Assembly: GCA_963776245.1 (NCBI GenBank)
Contig: CAVZLN010000006.1
Coordinates: 288,001 to 352,000, forward strand
Source of the DNA: Candidatus Eiseniibacteriota bacterium
GTDB lineage: Bacteria > Eisenbacteria > RBG-16-71-46
DNA: 64,000 bases
Direction: 5' to 3'
Position 1 is the first letter of the stretch. Each line of letters starts with the position of its first letter. A program made the position numbers and the translations under genes. Below, in pieces: positions 43,257-54,960 of this stretch. A model generated the notes under the pieces. It was not told the origin of the DNA and did no database searches. It was given only the letters and a program-made list of their open reading frames with translations.

Positions 43257-44638
43257 CGCGTCCCTCCCGGTGCGCAGCCGCGCGCAGCACGTCGTCGCCC
43301 AGCCGCCAGACGTCGCCGGCCCCGAGCGTGATCACCACGTCACCGGCGCGCGCCTCGGACGCGACCGCGGCGACGGCCTCGGCGCGCGATCGGGCGCGTA
43401 CTCCACGTGCGCTCCGCCCTGCGCGCGGGCGCGCTCGACGATGGTGCCGGCGCCCACGCCCGCGATCGGCGACTCGCCGGCGGCGTAGACGTCGAGCACC
43501 CAGACGCGGTCGGCGTCCCCGAAGCAGCGCCCGAACTCCTCGCGCAGCGCCGCCGTGCGGGTGTAGCGGTGCGGCTGGAACAGCACCAGCACCCGGCCGC
43601 CGAGCCCGCGCGCGGCCGCGAGCGTGGCGCGCGATCTCGGTCGGATGGTGGCCGTAGTCGTCGATCACGCGCACCTCGGCCACGGCTCGCCGCGCGTCTC
43701 GAAGCGCCGCCCGACGCCCCGGAACGCGGCCAGCGCCTCGGCGATGTGCCCGAAGCCGATCTCGAGCTCGAGGCCGACCGCGACGGCCGCCAGCGCGTTG
43801 AGCACGTTGTGGCGCCCCGGCAGCGCAGCTCGACGGTGCCGCAGGCGGCGTCATGCGCGTGCACCGTGAAGCGCGCGCCGTGCGGCTGCAGCTCGACGTC
43901 GCTGGCGCGCACCTCGCACCTCGGCAGTGTGCCGTAGAGCATCGTGCGCTTGGTGACGCTCGGCAGGATGGCGCGCACCTGCTCGTCGTCCGCGCACAGC
44001 ATGCTGACGCCGTAGAACGGCACGCGATTCGCGAAGTAGACGAACGCCTGGCGGATCTCCGCGAGGTCCTGATAGTGGTCGAGGTGCTCGCGGTCGATGT
44101 TGGTGATCACCGTGACGGCCGGCGCCAGCCGCAGGAACGACCCGTCGCTCTCGTCGGCCTCGGCGACCAGGAACCGCCCGTGGCCGAGGCGCGCGTTGGC
44201 GCCGAGCGCGTGCAGCCGTCCGCCCACCACGATGGTCGGGTCGAGCCCGCCGCGCGCCAGCACCGCCGCCACCATCGAGGTGGTGGTGGTCTTGCCGTGC
44301 GAGCCGCCCACCGCGACGCCGTACTTCATGCGCATCAGCTCGGCCAGCATGTCGGCACGCGCGATGATCGGCAGCCCGGCCTCGCGGGCCGCGCCCAGCT
44401 CGGGGTTGTCCGGCTTCACCGCGCTGGAGTACACCACCACCTGCGCGCCGTCGACGTTGGACGCCGCGTGGCCGATGAACACGCGCCCGCCGCGCGCCAC
44501 CAGCCGGTCGGTGACCTCGCCGGCCTTCAGGTCGCTGCCCGAGACCTGGTAGCCCATGTTGAGCAGCACCTCGGCGATGCCCGACATGCCGCTGCCGCCG
44601 ATGCCGATGAAGTGGATGCGGTGGGTCCGTCCGTACAT
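43253..44638 (-). CDS. murC: UDP-N-acetylmuramate--L-alanine ligase (frameshifted, end approximate)
   Basis: [44 protein letters not shown]. Confidence 0.95.
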
Positions 44639-45774
44639 CAGCGCCCCCCTCCCCCGGCGACGCTCGCGCGCGCGGCCGCGCGGCCGTGGGACCAGCGCAC
44701 CAGGCTCCCGACGATGCGCTCGGCCGCGTCGGGGCGCGCGAACAGGCGCGCGTTCGCCGACATGCGCGACAGCGCCTGGCGGTCGCTCAGCAGGTGGGCG
44801 ATCTCGTTCGCCAGCCGCTCGCCGGTCAGCTCGCGGTCGAGGATCATCGCCGCGGCCCCGCGATCGACGAGGTTGGCGGCGTTGACCGACTGGTGGTCGT
44901 GCGCCGCGTGCGGATACGGCACCAGCAGCGACGGCAGGCCGCAGACGGCGATCTCGGCCAGCGTCATCGCGCCCGAGCGGCACACCACGAGGTCCGCCGC
45001 GGCGTAGGCCAGGTGGATGCGGCGCAGGAACGGCAGCACCTTGGCCGGCAGCCCCTCGGTCTCGACGATGCCGCGGGCCCAGTCGAAGTCCTCGCGCCCG
45101 GTCTGCAGGATGAACTGCACGTCCACCCGCTGCCACAGCCGGCGCATCGCGTCGAGCGCCGCCTCGTTGATGCGGCGGGCGCCGCGGCTGCCGCCGAAGA
45201 TGAACACGGTCGGCTTGCCCGCCAGCAGGCCGAACTCGTGCAGCGCCGTCGTGCGGTCCCCGCTCAGGATGTGGTCGCGGATCGGATTGCCGGTCACCTT
45301 GAGGTTGTCCTTGCGGTCGAAGTACGAACGGGCCTCGACGAACGACAGGTGCACCTCGTCGGCGATCCGCGCCAGCCAGCGGTTCGCGAGCCCCGGGACG
45401 CTGTTCTGCTCCTGGAGCAGCAGCGGGCGGCCCAGCATCCACGCCGCGAGCGCCAGCGGACCGCTCACGTACCCGCCGGTGCCGAGCACGACGTCGGGCC
45501 GCTCGTTCGCCACCACCCACACCGCCTGGAGCAGGCCCACAGCGTTGGCGAACAGCGCCGCCGGCCAGCGCCACCACGCGCGGCGCGGCAGCCCGCGCGT
45601 CCAGATGAAGACGATGCGGAAGCCCGCCTCGGGCACGGCCTGCGCCTCCAGCCCGCGCCGGGTGCCGACGAACAGGATCTCGGCCTCGGGGTGCGAGCGC
45701 TGCAGTTCCTCGGCCACCGCCACCCCGGGATAGACATGCCCGCCGGTGCCGCCGCCCGCGATCAGGACCTTCAT
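44638..45774 (-). CDS. murG: MurG GlcNAc transferase
   Basis: [30 protein letters not shown]. Confidence 0.95.
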   Translation of the reverse strand: MKVLIAGGGTGGHVYPGVAVAEELQRSHPEAEILFVGTRRGLEAQAVPEAGFRIVFIWTRGLPRRAWWRWPAALFANAVGLLQAVWVVANERPDVVLGTGGYVSGPLALAAWMLGRPLLLQEQNSVPGLANRWLARIADEVHLSFVEARSYFDRKDNLKVTGNPIRDHILSGDRTTALHEFGLLAGKPTVFIFGGSRGARRINEAALDAMRRLWQRVDVQFILQTGREDFDWARGIVETEGLPAKVLPFLRRIHLAYAAADLVVCRSGAMTLAEIAVCGLPSLLVPYPHAAHDHQSVNAANLVDRGAAAMILDRELTGERLANEIAHLLSDRQALSRMSANARLFARPDAAERIVGSLVRWSHGRAAARASVAGGGGR

Positions 45775-46907
45775 GCGTCCCCCCGCGCCCAGCGCTGGCG
45801 CGTGAGCGCCTCGCCGTCGGCATTCGACGTGCTGATCCGGTACAGCAGGCCGGCGGCCGCGAGATTCGCGAGCAGCGCCGAGCCCCCGTACGACACGAAC
45901 GGCAGCGGCAGGCCGGTGGTGGGCGCGAGCCCGGTGGCCACCGCCAGATTCACGATCGCATACAAGCCGATCTGCAAGGTCAGTCCTCCCGCGAGCAGGA
46001 AGGCGAAGGGATCGTTGGCGCGCGCCGTGGCGCGCATCCCCCGCCAGACCAGAAGTCCGAGCGCCACGAGCAACGCCGTGGCACCGAGGAACCCGAGTTC
46101 CTCGGCCAGGATGGAGAAGATGAAGTCGGTGTGCGCCTCGGGCAGGAACAGGTACTTCTGCAGCCCGCCGCCGAGCCCGCGACCGAACCAGCCGCCCGAT
46201 CCGATGGCGATCAGCGACTGATCGAGCTGCCAGCCTGCGCCATGGGTGTCGAGCGCCCCGGTGAACACGAAGGAGATGAACGTCTCGAAGCGCTTCATCA
46301 TGTACGGGTGGGTCACCAGCGCGGTCGCCACTCCCAGCACGCCCACGCCGACCGGCACCGCCAGGTGGAGCAGCGGCGCACCCGCGAGGAATACCATGCC
46401 GAAGCCCGCCACGCCGAGCAGCCCGGCGCTCGACAGGTTCGGCTGCAGCAGGATGAGCAGGCACAGTCCGGCGAGGATGCCGAGCGCCGGCAGCGACCCG
46501 CGCCCGAAGCCGAGTTCCGACGGCGAGCGGCGCTTGAGCCACCACGCCAGGAACAGGACCGCCGCCATGCGGGCGAGGTCGGTGGGCTGGACGGTGAGGA
46601 AGCCGAAACGCAGCCAGCGCTGAGCACCCTTGGCGACATGGCCGGTGAGCACGACGACGATCAGCAGCGACACCGCCACCACGAACAGCGTCGGCGCCCA
46701 CGCCTCGAGGCGCCGGAGGTCGATCTTGGCGCAGGCCAGCATCACGACGATGCCGAGCAGCGCGCGGAACAGGTGCCGGGTGAAGAAGTAGTCCGGGTTC
46801 TGGAAGCGCGTGATGCCGAGGATCGAGCTCGACGAGTACACCATCACCAGCCCGAGCGCGGTCAGCACGAGCGGCAGCACGAGCAGCCAGCGGTCCCCAC
46901 GGCTCAT
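45771..46907 (-). CDS. ftsW: SEDS protein FtsW
   Basis: [28 protein letters not shown]. Confidence 0.95.
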   Translation of the reverse strand: MSRGDRWLLVLPLVLTALGLVMVYSSSSILGITRFQNPDYFFTRHLFRALLGIVVMLACAKIDLRRLEAWAPTLFVVAVSLLIVVVLTGHVAKGAQRWLRFGFLTVQPTDLARMAAVLFLAWWLKRRSPSELGFGRGSLPALGILAGLCLLILLQPNLSSAGLLGVAGFGMVFLAGAPLLHLAVPVGVGVLGVATALVTHPYMMKRFETFISFVFTGALDTHGAGWQLDQSLIAIGSGGWFGRGLGGGLQKYLFLPEAHTDFIFSILAEELGFLGATALLVALGLLVWRGMRATARANDPFAFLLAGGLTLQIGLYAIVNLAVATGLAPTTGLPLPFVSYGGSALLANLAAAGLLYRISTSNADGEALTRQRWARGDA

Positions 46908-48289
46908 GCTTCCCCCCGCCGGTCGCGCAGCTGCGCGACCTCGTCCTTGAAGCGCCGCCCGCGCTCCTCGAAGTCCTGGAACATATCGAACGACGCGCAC
47001 GCCGGGGAGAGCAGCACCACGGACGCCCCCGCGCGCAGCGCCTCGCCGTGCGCGCGCTCGACGGCCTCGGCGAGCGAGGCCGCCCGGCTCTGGGGCACGC
47101 CGGACCAGGCCGTGCCGATGCGTTCGGCGCCCTCGCCGATGAGCACGACGTGGCGGGTGCGCTCCCGCACCAGCGCGCGCACCGGCGCGAAGTCCTGGCC
47201 CTTGTCGCGCCCGCCCGCGATGAGCACCACCGGGGCGTCGAAGGAGCGGAGCGCCACGGCCATCGAGTCGAGGTTGGTGGCCTTCGAGTCGTTCACGAAC
47301 TCCACCCCGGCGACGCTGCCCGCGGGCTCGAGCCGGTGCTCGAGCCCGCGATAGTCGCGCAGCACCGCGCGCAGCGTGGCGGGCGCGATCTCGAGCGGCA
47401 GCGTGATGGCGAGCGCCGCGGCCACGTTGGCGAGGTTGTGGGCGCCGCGCAGCCGCAGCTCGCGGGCCTCGAGCACGGTCTCCACCCCGCCGCGCCACGC
47501 CAGCGCGAGGCGGCCATCGGTGACGAACGCCCCCGGATCGACCGCTCCCCGGGTGGAGAACGTCAGCGCGGACCCGACGCCGGCGCGGCGCGCCATGACC
47601 TCGGGGTCGTCGGCGTTCCACACCGCGTAGTCGGTCTCCTCCTGGCGCTCGAACAGGCGCGCCTTCATGGCGCCGTAGCCGCCGAGGTCGCCGTGGCGCT
47701 CGAGGTGGTCGGGCGTGAGGTTGAGCCACGCGGCGATGAACGGACGCAGGCGCTGCACGGTCTCGAGCTGGAACGACGACACCTCGACCACCAGCAGGCC
47801 GGCGGGCCGCACCTCTTCGGCCACCTCGCACAGCGCGCGGCCGATGTTGCCGCACACCTCGACCTCGCGCCCGGCCGCGCGCAGCAGCGCGCCGGTCAGG
47901 TGCGCCGTGGTGCTCTTGCCGTTGGTGCCGGTCACGCACACCAGCGGCGCGTGCGCGGCGAGGAACCCGATCTCGAGCTCGGAGAGCACCGGCAATCCGG
48001 CCGCGCGCGCGGCCACCGCGAGCGGGTGGGCGGCCGGGATGCCCGGGCTCCAGACCACCAGGTCGCGGCCCTCGAGCAGGCCGGCGTCGTCCCGGCCCCA
48101 CACCGCGTCCACCCCGATCGCGGCGAGCGCGGCCGCCGCCTCGGGCGCGTCCGACGCGGCGCGGCGGTCGCACACGCGCACGTCCACGCCGTGACGGCGC
48201 AGCAGCCGCGCCGCGGCGATGCCCGAGCGCGCGGCGCCCGCGACCAGGGCCCGGGTGCCGGGGAGCGGATGGCGGGCGTCGATCGTCAT
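46904..48289 (-). CDS. murD: MurD ligase
   Basis: SPGI, GTNGKSTT, EVSSFQLE, NDSKATN, SPACASFD. Confidence 0.95.
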   Translation of the reverse strand: MTIDARHPLPGTRALVAGAARSGIAAARLLRRHGVDVRVCDRRAASDAPEAAAALAAIGVDAVWGRDDAGLLEGRDLVVWSPGIPAAHPLAVAARAAGLPVLSELEIGFLAAHAPLVCVTGTNGKSTTAHLTGALLRAAGREVEVCGNIGRALCEVAEEVRPAGLLVVEVSSFQLETVQRLRPFIAAWLNLTPDHLERHGDLGGYGAMKARLFERQEETDYAVWNADDPEVMARRAGVGSALTFSTRGAVDPGAFVTDGRLALAWRGGVETVLEARELRLRGAHNLANVAAALAITLPLEIAPATLRAVLRDYRGLEHRLEPAGSVAGVEFVNDSKATNLDSMAVALRSFDAPVVLIAGGRDKGQDFAPVRALVRERTRHVVLIGEGAERIGTAWSGVPQSRAASLAEAVERAHGEALRAGASVVLLSPACASFDMFQDFEERGRRFKDEVAQLRDRRGEA

Positions 48290-49380
48290 TGGAGCTTCAG
48301 CGTCGAGAGCGAGAGCAGGGCGAGCAGCGCGCCGATGATGTAGAACCGCAGCACCACGCGCGACTCGCTCCAGCCCCCGAGCTCGAAATGGTGGTGGAGC
48401 GGGGCCATGCGGAACACCCGCCGGCCCCGGAGCTTGAACGACGCCACCTGGATCATCACCGAGAGCGTCTCGGCCACGAACACGCCGCCGATCAGCACCA
48501 GCCAGAACTCGCGCTTGATGAGCACCGCGACGACGCCGAGCGCCCCGCCGAGCGCGAGCGAGCCGGTGTCGCCCATGAACACGTCGGCCGGGTGACAGTT
48601 GAACCACAGGAAGCCGAGCGCCGCTCCCAGCACGGCGGCGCAGAACACCGTCAGCTCCCCGCTGTAGGCGAGGTAGGAGAGGTTGAGGTAGGCGCTGAAC
48701 TTCACGTGGCCGCTCAGGTAGCACATGCCGGCCAGCGCGATCGCTGCGATCGCGACCAGCCCCGAGGCGAGACCGTCGAGGCCGTCGGTGAGGTTCACCG
48801 CGTTCGACGAGGCGGTGACGATGAGGATGACGAACGGCACGAACAGCCAGCCGAAGTCGATGACCTGGAACTTGAGGAACGGCACGTGGGTCACGGTCGG
48901 CGCCAGCCGCCCGGGCTCGGGCCACAGCACGAGCACCAGGCCGACGATGGCGCCCAGCAGGACCTGGCCGACCAGCTTGTAGCGGCCGAGCAGGCCCTTG
49001 GGCGCGCCCTTCACCACGCGCAGCCAGTCGTCGAGGAAGCCGAGCGCGCCGAGCCACACCGTGGCGAGCAGCGCCAGCCACACCGGGCGCGAGTGGAAGT
49101 TGCCCCACAGCAGCGTGGGCACCACGATCGCGGTGACGATCAGGATGCCGCCCATGGTCGGCGTGCCGGCCTTGGTGAGATGGCTCTGCGGCCCCTCGCT
49201 GCGCACCTTCTGCCCGAGCTTCACGCGCTGGAGCCACGCGATCATGTGCGGGCCCAGCCAGGTGCACAGCACGAGCGCGGTGATGGCCGCGTAGGCGGCG
49301 CGGAAGGTGATGTAGCGGAAGACGTTCAGCGCCCCGAGACCCGGCAGCGTGTGGAGCGGGAAGATCCACTCGTGGAACAT
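48286..49380 (-). CDS. mraY: Phospho-N-acetylmuramoyl-pentapeptide transferase
   Basis: KAGTPTMGG, NAVNLTDGLDGL, FMGDTGSL, MAPLHHHFE. Confidence 0.97.
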   Translation of the reverse strand: MFHEWIFPLHTLPGLGALNVFRYITFRAAYAAITALVLCTWLGPHMIAWLQRVKLGQKVRSEGPQSHLTKAGTPTMGGILIVTAIVVPTLLWGNFHSRPVWLALLATVWLGALGFLDDWLRVVKGAPKGLLGRYKLVGQVLLGAIVGLVLVLWPEPGRLAPTVTHVPFLKFQVIDFGWLFVPFVILIVTASSNAVNLTDGLDGLASGLVAIAAIALAGMCYLSGHVKFSAYLNLSYLAYSGELTVFCAAVLGAALGFLWFNCHPADVFMGDTGSLALGGALGVVAVLIKREFWLVLIGGVFVAETLSVMIQVASFKLRGRRVFRMAPLHHHFELGGWSESRVVLRFYIIGALLALLSLSTLKLQ

Positions 49381-49383
49381 GAC

Positions 49384-50800
49384 TCAGCCCTCTCCTTCGA
49401 GGCCGTCGAGCACGCGCTCGAGCGCGGCTCCGCGGGACGCCTTGACCAGCACCACCACGCCGTCCGCGAGCGCCTCGGCGAGCGCCGCACGCAGCGGCGC
49501 GATCCCTTCGAACACGCGCGCCTCGAGCCCGGCCTTGCGCGCCCCGCCCGCCAGGTCCGCGGCGTGCCGCCCGGTGGTCCACACCTCGGAGTCCGCGGCC
49601 GCGGCGGCGGTCTCGTGGTGGAGCCGCGCGGCGTCCGCGCCCAGCTCGAGCATGTCGCCGAGCACCGCGATGCGCCGACGGGCGCCCGGCCATCCCGCGA
49701 GGGTCTCGAGCGCGGCGCGCATGGACTCGGGGTTGGCGTTGTAGCAGTCCACCAGCAGCGTGGCCCCGCGCGCATGACGGATCTCCATGCGCCCCCGCGA
49801 CGGCCGGCAGGCCTCGAGGGCGCGCGCCACCGCCGCCCCGTCCAGGTTCAGTTCGCGGGCCACCGCGAGCGCGGCGAGGGCGTTGGACACCTGGTGGCGC
49901 CCCGGGATGGCGAGCGTCAAGGCGGGGAACCCCGCGACCTCGATGCGGCTCCCGCCCTCGCCGAGCGACGGTGACGCGGGTGGGGCGCACGTCGGCGTGC
50001 CGCGCGAGGCCGTAGGTGACCACGCGGCACCTGGCGCCCCGCACGGCCGCCACCAGCCGCGGCGAGTCGGCGTTCACGAACGCCGTTCCGCTGCCGCCGA
50101 GCGCGTGCGCGAGCGAGGCCTTCTCGCGGGCGATCGCCTCGAGCGAGCCCAGGTGCTCGAGGTGCGCGCTGCCGGCGTAGGTGAGCACGGCCGCGCCCGG
50201 ACCCGCGATGGCGGCCAGCGCCGCGATCTCCCCGGGATGGTTCATCGCCATCTCGATCACCGCGGTGCGGTGTTCCGGCTTGAGCCGCAGCAGCGTCAGC
50301 GGCACGCCCCAGTGGTTGTTCAGGTTCCCCTCGGTGCGCAGCGTGGGCGCCGCGGTCGCGAGCGCCGCCGCCACCAGGTCCTTGGTCGTGGTCTTGCCCA
50401 CGCTGCCGGTGACGCCGATGAGCGTCCCCGGCCAGCCCTCGCGGTGACCGCGCGCGATGCGCTGGAGCGCCTCGGTGACGTCGTCCACCACCACCAGCGG
50501 CCCGGGCTCGCGGCCGGCCCATTCCGCGTGACGCGCGCGCGCGCACAGCGCCGCGGTCGCGCCGCGCTCGAACGCGGCGGCGAGGAAGGCGTGGCCGTCC
50601 ACCCGCTCGCCCGGCAGCGGCACGAACAGCTCGCCCGGCCGCAGCGTCCGGGTGTCGATCGACGCCCCGTCGACGCCGGCGCGCAGCAGCGCCTCGCGCG
50701 CCCGCGGGTCCCCCGGCACCTCGCGCACCACGAGGTCGCCGCGGCTCCACTGCGCGAGCCGGACCAGCCCGATCGCCGGCGTGGTCGCGAAGGCGGTCAT
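49384..50800 (-). CDS. murF: MurF ligase (frameshift near 49965)
   Basis: IDTR, GSVGKTTTK, NLNNHWGVP, DCYNANPESM, GDMLELG, KASRG. Confidence 0.93.
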
Positions 50801-52275
50801 CGCGCCCCCCTCGTCGCCAGCGTCTCGCGCGCCACCACGCGGTCGTCGAACGGCAGCACCGCGGCCCCGATGGTCTGCGTGGTCTCGTGCCCCTTGCCCG
50901 CGATCACCACGATGTCCCCGGGCCGCGCCTCGGCGATCGCCGCGGCGATGGCCGCGCGCCGGTCGAGCTCGAGGCGCAGCGCCCCCGCCGGCGCGCCGGC
51001 GAGGATCTCGCGCGCGATCGCGGCCGGGTCCTCGCTGCGCGGGTTGTCGCTGGTGACCAACGCGAGATCGGCCTGCCGCGCGGCGATGGCGCCCATCTGC
51101 GGGCGCTTGGCGCGGTCGCGGTCGCCGCCGCAGCCGAACACCAGGAGGACGCGCCCGGAGGCGTGCTCGCGCGCCGCCGCCAGCGCGCGCTCGAGCGCGT
51201 CGGGCGTGTGCGCGTAGTCCACCACCACCTCGAACGGCCCGCCCGCCGCCACGCGCTCGAGCCGCCCCGGCACGCCGGGCGCGGACGCGAGCCCGCGCGC
51301 CGCGGTCGCGGCGTCGACGCCGAGCGCGCGGCCGGCGGCGAAGGCGCACGCCGCGTTCCACGCGTTGTAGCGGCCCAGCAGCGGCAGCGCGAGGGACACG
51401 GTCTCGCCCGCGTCGAGCAGCGTGACGTCGAGCCCGCCGTCGCGCGCCGCCACGTCGCGGATCCAGACGTCGGCCCCGCGCGTGGCACCGTAGGTGCGCA
51501 CCCCGATCCCGCCGTGGCGCGCGGCCTCGCTCACCCGCGAGGCCGCTGGATCGTCGGCGTTCACCACCGCGGTCACGCGCTTGCGGGTCGCCGCGAGGTT
51601 GCGCCCGTCGAACAGCATGAGCTTGGCGTCGAGGTAGGCCTCGAGCGTGCCGTGATAGTCGAGGTGGTCGTGACTCAGATTGGTGAACGCGACCACGTCG
51701 CACTCGAGACCATAGGTGCGCCGCTGCGCGAGCGCGTGGCTGCTCACCTCGAGGGCCACCGCGGCGAGGCCGCGGTCCGCCATCTCGCGCAGCAGCGCCT
51801 GCAGCTGCGGGGCCTCCGGCGTGGTGAACGCGGAGGCGCGCGCCTCCGTGCCGAAGCGCACCCCGGTGGTGCCGAGCAGGCCGGCCGCCAGCCCGGCGGC
51901 CTCGAGGATGGCGTGCACCAGATAGGTCGTGGTGGTCTTCCCGTTGGTGCCGGTGACGCCGCACACGCGCATCCGCCGCGACGGGAAGCCGTGGAAGCGG
52001 CAGGCCGCCTGCGCGAGCGCCTTGCGCGGATCATGGACGCGCACCACCGCGTCCCCCTCGAGCGCCACGCCGGGCCCCACCACCACGGCCGCCGCGCCCG
52101 CCCCGAGCGCCGCGCGCGCGAACGTCCCGCCGTCCGCCCGGAGCCCCGCGAGCCCGAAGAACAGGTCGCCACGGCGCACCTGGCGCGAATCGAGACTCAG
52201 GCCTTCCACGCTCACGTTCGGGTTCGCGGCCGGCGTCACCACGTCCACATCCTCCAGCACCTCGCGCAGGGTCAC
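50797..52275 (-). CDS. murE: MurE ligase (meso-DAP type)
   Basis: GTNGKTT, EVSSH, DYAHTPD, FGCGGDRD, DNPR, GKGHE. Confidence 0.96.
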   Translation of the reverse strand: MTLREVLEDVDVVTPAANPNVSVEGLSLDSRQVRRGDLFFGLAGLRADGGTFARAALGAGAAAVVVGPGVALEGDAVVRVHDPRKALAQAACRFHGFPSRRMRVCGVTGTNGKTTTTYLVHAILEAAGLAAGLLGTTGVRFGTEARASAFTTPEAPQLQALLREMADRGLAAVALEVSSHALAQRRTYGLECDVVAFTNLSHDHLDYHGTLEAYLDAKLMLFDGRNLAATRKRVTAVVNADDPAASRVSEAARHGGIGVRTYGATRGADVWIRDVAARDGGLDVTLLDAGETVSLALPLLGRYNAWNAACAFAAGRALGVDAATAARGLASAPGVPGRLERVAAGGPFEVVVDYAHTPDALERALAAAREHASGRVLLVFGCGGDRDRAKRPQMGAIAARQADLALVTSDNPRSEDPAAIAREILAGAPAGALRLELDRRAAIAAAIAEARPGDIVVIAGKGHETTQTIGAAVLPFDDRVVARETLATRGAR

Positions 52276-54410
52276 GGCGACGAAGGCCCTCCCGTGGCGG
52301 TGGCCACCGCCGTCGTGGGCCTCTGCCGCGCGTCGTCCGGGCCCGGCTCGCACCACAGCCGGCAGGTCGCACCGGCCGCGATCGGCTCGCCGGGCGCCGG
52401 GCTCTGGCGCACCACCAGTCCCGCGCCCTCGATCGAGACGCGCGCGCCGAGCATCGCGAGCCGGCGCAGCGCCGCGCGCACCGAGAGCCGCGCCAGGTCG
52501 GGCATCCGGCCGGCGGTCGAATCCTGCGGCGCCGAGAGCCACACCATCACGCTCGCGCCCTTCTCGATCGCCTGCCCGGCGGCCGGCGACTGCGCCAGCG
52601 CGCGCGGCCCGGTGCCCGCGAAGCGGGCGCGCAGACCGCACGCGCCCAGGCGCTCCTCCGCGGCGCGCGGGAGCAGCAGGCGCAGGTCGGGCACGGTCAC
52701 GGCCGCGGGCGCCGGCGGACGGGCGGCCACCGCGGAGGACGCCAGGTCGAGCAGGCCGCCCGGCACCCGCCGCAGGTCCATCATCACCTCGCGGAACACC
52801 GGGCCCGCGACCTCGCCACCGAAGTACTTGGGACCGCGCGGTTCGTCGATGACCACCACCCCCACCAGCGACGGGGACTCGGCGGGCGCGAAGCCCACGA
52901 ACGACGAGATGAAGTAGCGGCCGTAGGTGCGCGTGGCCGGATCGTACTTCTGCGCGGTGCCGGTCTTGCCCGCGACGTGGAGGCCCGCGACCCGCGCCGG
53001 CCGGGCGGTGCCGCTGTCCACCACCGCGGCCAGCATCTCGCGCAGTGTCGCCGTGGTGGCCTCGCTGAACACCCGGCGCTGCGCCCGCGGCTCGAAGCGG
53101 CGCACCACGCGTCCATCGCCGTCCCGGATCTCACGCACCAGCATGGGCTGCATCAGCACCCCGCCGTTCGCGACCGAAGCGTACGCCAGCGCGAGCTGGA
53201 GCGGCGTGACCGTGACCTCGTGCCCGATCGCGAGCGTGGGCAGCGAGCGGCCCGACCAGTGCTCCGGACTGCGCAGCCGGCCGCCGGTCTCGCCGGGGAA
53301 CTCCACGCCGGTGAGGCTGCCGAATCCGAGCGCGGTCGCGTAGCGGTAGTAGCGCTCGCCGCCGAGCTTGATCGCCAGGCGAGCCATGCAGATGTTGCTC
53401 GACCAGCGCACCGCGTCGAAGAACGTCCAGCCCGCCGACTTGTGGGAGTCGTGGAGCACGCAGCCGGGGACGATCTGCGCCACCCCGCTCGCCGCGGCCT
53501 CGAGGTAGTCGCCGGGCTTCGCCACGCCCTCTTCGAGGGCCGCGCCCGCGACCACCATCTTGTAGGTCGAACCGGGCTCGTACTGGTCGGTGAAGTTCCA
53601 GTTGCGCGACTGCCCGTCCGTCCCGTGGGGCACGTTGGCCGCCGCGAGGATCTCGCCGGTGCGCGGGTCCAGGAACAGCCCGAAGGCGCGCACCGCCTGG
53701 AGCGTGTCGCGCGCGCGCACCAGGTGCGCCTCGAGGATGGCCTGCAGGTCGGCGTCGAGCGTGAGCACGACGTGCGCGCCATCGGTGGGGCTGCGGCGCA
53801 GCCCGCGCGCGAGCGCGTGCGTGCCGCCGCGGCCGTCGCGGAACATCGTCGTCCAGCCCGGGCGTCCGCGCAGCGCATCGTCGTACTGCAGCTCGAGCCC
53901 CTCGATCCCCACGTCGTCGAGATCGGTGCGGCCCAGGATCTCCCGCGCCGCGTCGCCGAGCAGGTACTCGCGCTGGGTCTCGACCGACAGGTAGAGGCCG
54001 CGGGTGTTCCACGCCGCGATCGCCTGGCCCACGTCGGGCGCGACGCGGCGGGCCACGAAGAGATAGCGCGGGCGGGCTTGGAACTCGCGCATCAGGCGCC
54101 GTGGATCGAGCCGGAGCCGGGCCGCGAGCGCGCGCGCGGTGGCGCGCGGGTCCTTCATCTCGTGCGGCGCCGCCGCCACCGAGTAGGTCAGCAGGTCGCG
54201 AGCGAGCGGGCGTCCCTGACGGTCGAGGAGATTGCCGCGCACCGGGCGCACCAGCACGCGCTGCTCCTGGTTCCGCTCGGCGCGTTCCTCGTAGAAGCGG
54301 TGGAGGCCGATCTGCAGCCACGCCACCCGCGCCCACAGCACCAGCAGACACAAGAAGAGGCCGGCCGCCGCCACCAGCACCCGACTCCTGCGCATTTCCG
54401 TGTGGGCCAA
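52272..54410 (-). CDS. ftsI: FtsI/PBP3 transpeptidase with C-terminal PASTA domains
   Basis: RGNLLDR, EPGSTYK (SxxK), SSN, KTGT, two PASTA-like repeats. Confidence 0.93.
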   Translation of the reverse strand: MAHTEMRRSRVLVAAAGLFLCLLVLWARVAWLQIGLHRFYEERAERNQEQRVLVRPVRGNLLDRQGRPLARDLLTYSVAAAPHEMKDPRATARALAARLRLDPRRLMREFQARPRYLFVARRVAPDVGQAIAAWNTRGLYLSVETQREYLLGDAAREILGRTDLDDVGIEGLELQYDDALRGRPGWTTMFRDGRGGTHALARGLRRSPTDGAHVVLTLDADLQAILEAHLVRARDTLQAVRAFGLFLDPRTGEILAAANVPHGTDGQSRNWNFTDQYEPGSTYKMVVAGAALEEGVAKPGDYLEAAASGVAQIVPGCVLHDSHKSAGWTFFDAVRWSSNICMARLAIKLGGERYYRYATALGFGSLTGVEFPGETGGRLRSPEHWSGRSLPTLAIGHEVTVTPLQLALAYASVANGGVLMQPMLVREIRDGDGRVVRRFEPRAQRRVFSEATTATLREMLAAVVDSGTARPARVAGLHVAGKTGTAQKYDPATRTYGRYFISSFVGFAPAESPSLVGVVVIDEPRGPKYFGGEVAGPVFREVMMDLRRVPGGLLDLASSAVAARPPAPAAVTVPDLRLLLPRAAEERLGACGLRARFAGTGPRALAQSPAAGQAIEKGASVMVWLSAPQDSTAGRMPDLARLSVRAALRRLAMLGARVSIEGAGLVVRQSPAPGEPIAAGATCRLWCEPGPDDARQRPTTAVATATGGPSSP

Positions 54411-54519
54411 CTGCTTCCCTCCCTGGAACGGCGGTTCACGCGGACCGCCGGGCCGTCACTTGCGCGGTGCGGTGGTGCGGCCGGCCAAAACCGGCGCAGC
54501 CCCGATCCGAATGCATGCG

Positions 54520-54960
54520 TCAGTCCATCCTGCCGCGGTCCCGCGCCGTGGCTTCCGGCACGAGCACGCGAGAGACCCTTTCTGCCCACGCCACGAGCGA
54601 CGGAGCGTCTCCGCTCCGGGCGGGTGCGCCGGGCGCCGCGAGATAGGCGGACGGCAGCACCACGACCTGTCGGACGTCGGCCGGCGACAGCCCCAGCTCG
54701 GAGGCGAGCGGAGCGAGCGTCGCACGGGTGGTCTGGCGCTCGAGCTGCGCGTGCACGAATTCCAGCCGTGCCTGCGCGGCCACCAGCGCCGAGCGGTGCT
54801 TGTCGAGTGTGAGCGAGAGCTCCGCGGCCCGCGAGCTCAGCCACACCTCGGCCAGCAGCATCCCGACCGCGGCGGCGGCGACGAGCCACAGCTCCGGCCG
54901 GATGGCGCGTCCTTCGGGGATGCGCCAGGAGGGGCGCGAACGACGGGGACCACCGTTCAT
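54520..54960 (-). CDS. ftsL: Cell division protein FtsL-like
   Basis: TM plus coiled coil plus ASELGL, between rsmH and ftsI. Confidence 0.65.
   Translation of the reverse strand: MNGGPRRSRPSWRIPEGRAIRPELWLVAAAAVGMLLAEVWLSSRAAELSLTLDKHRSALVAAQARLEFVHAQLERQTTRATLAPLASELGLSPADVRQVVVLPSAYLAAPGAPARSGDAPSLVAWAERVSRVLVPEATARDRGRMD

Noticed and set aside
46904..51964. Giant 1686-aa Mur fusion, and the similar 1023-aa GT fusion at 56947-60018
   Set aside because: Stop-poor GC-rich frames plus frameshifts; each gene has its own start and overlap junctions.
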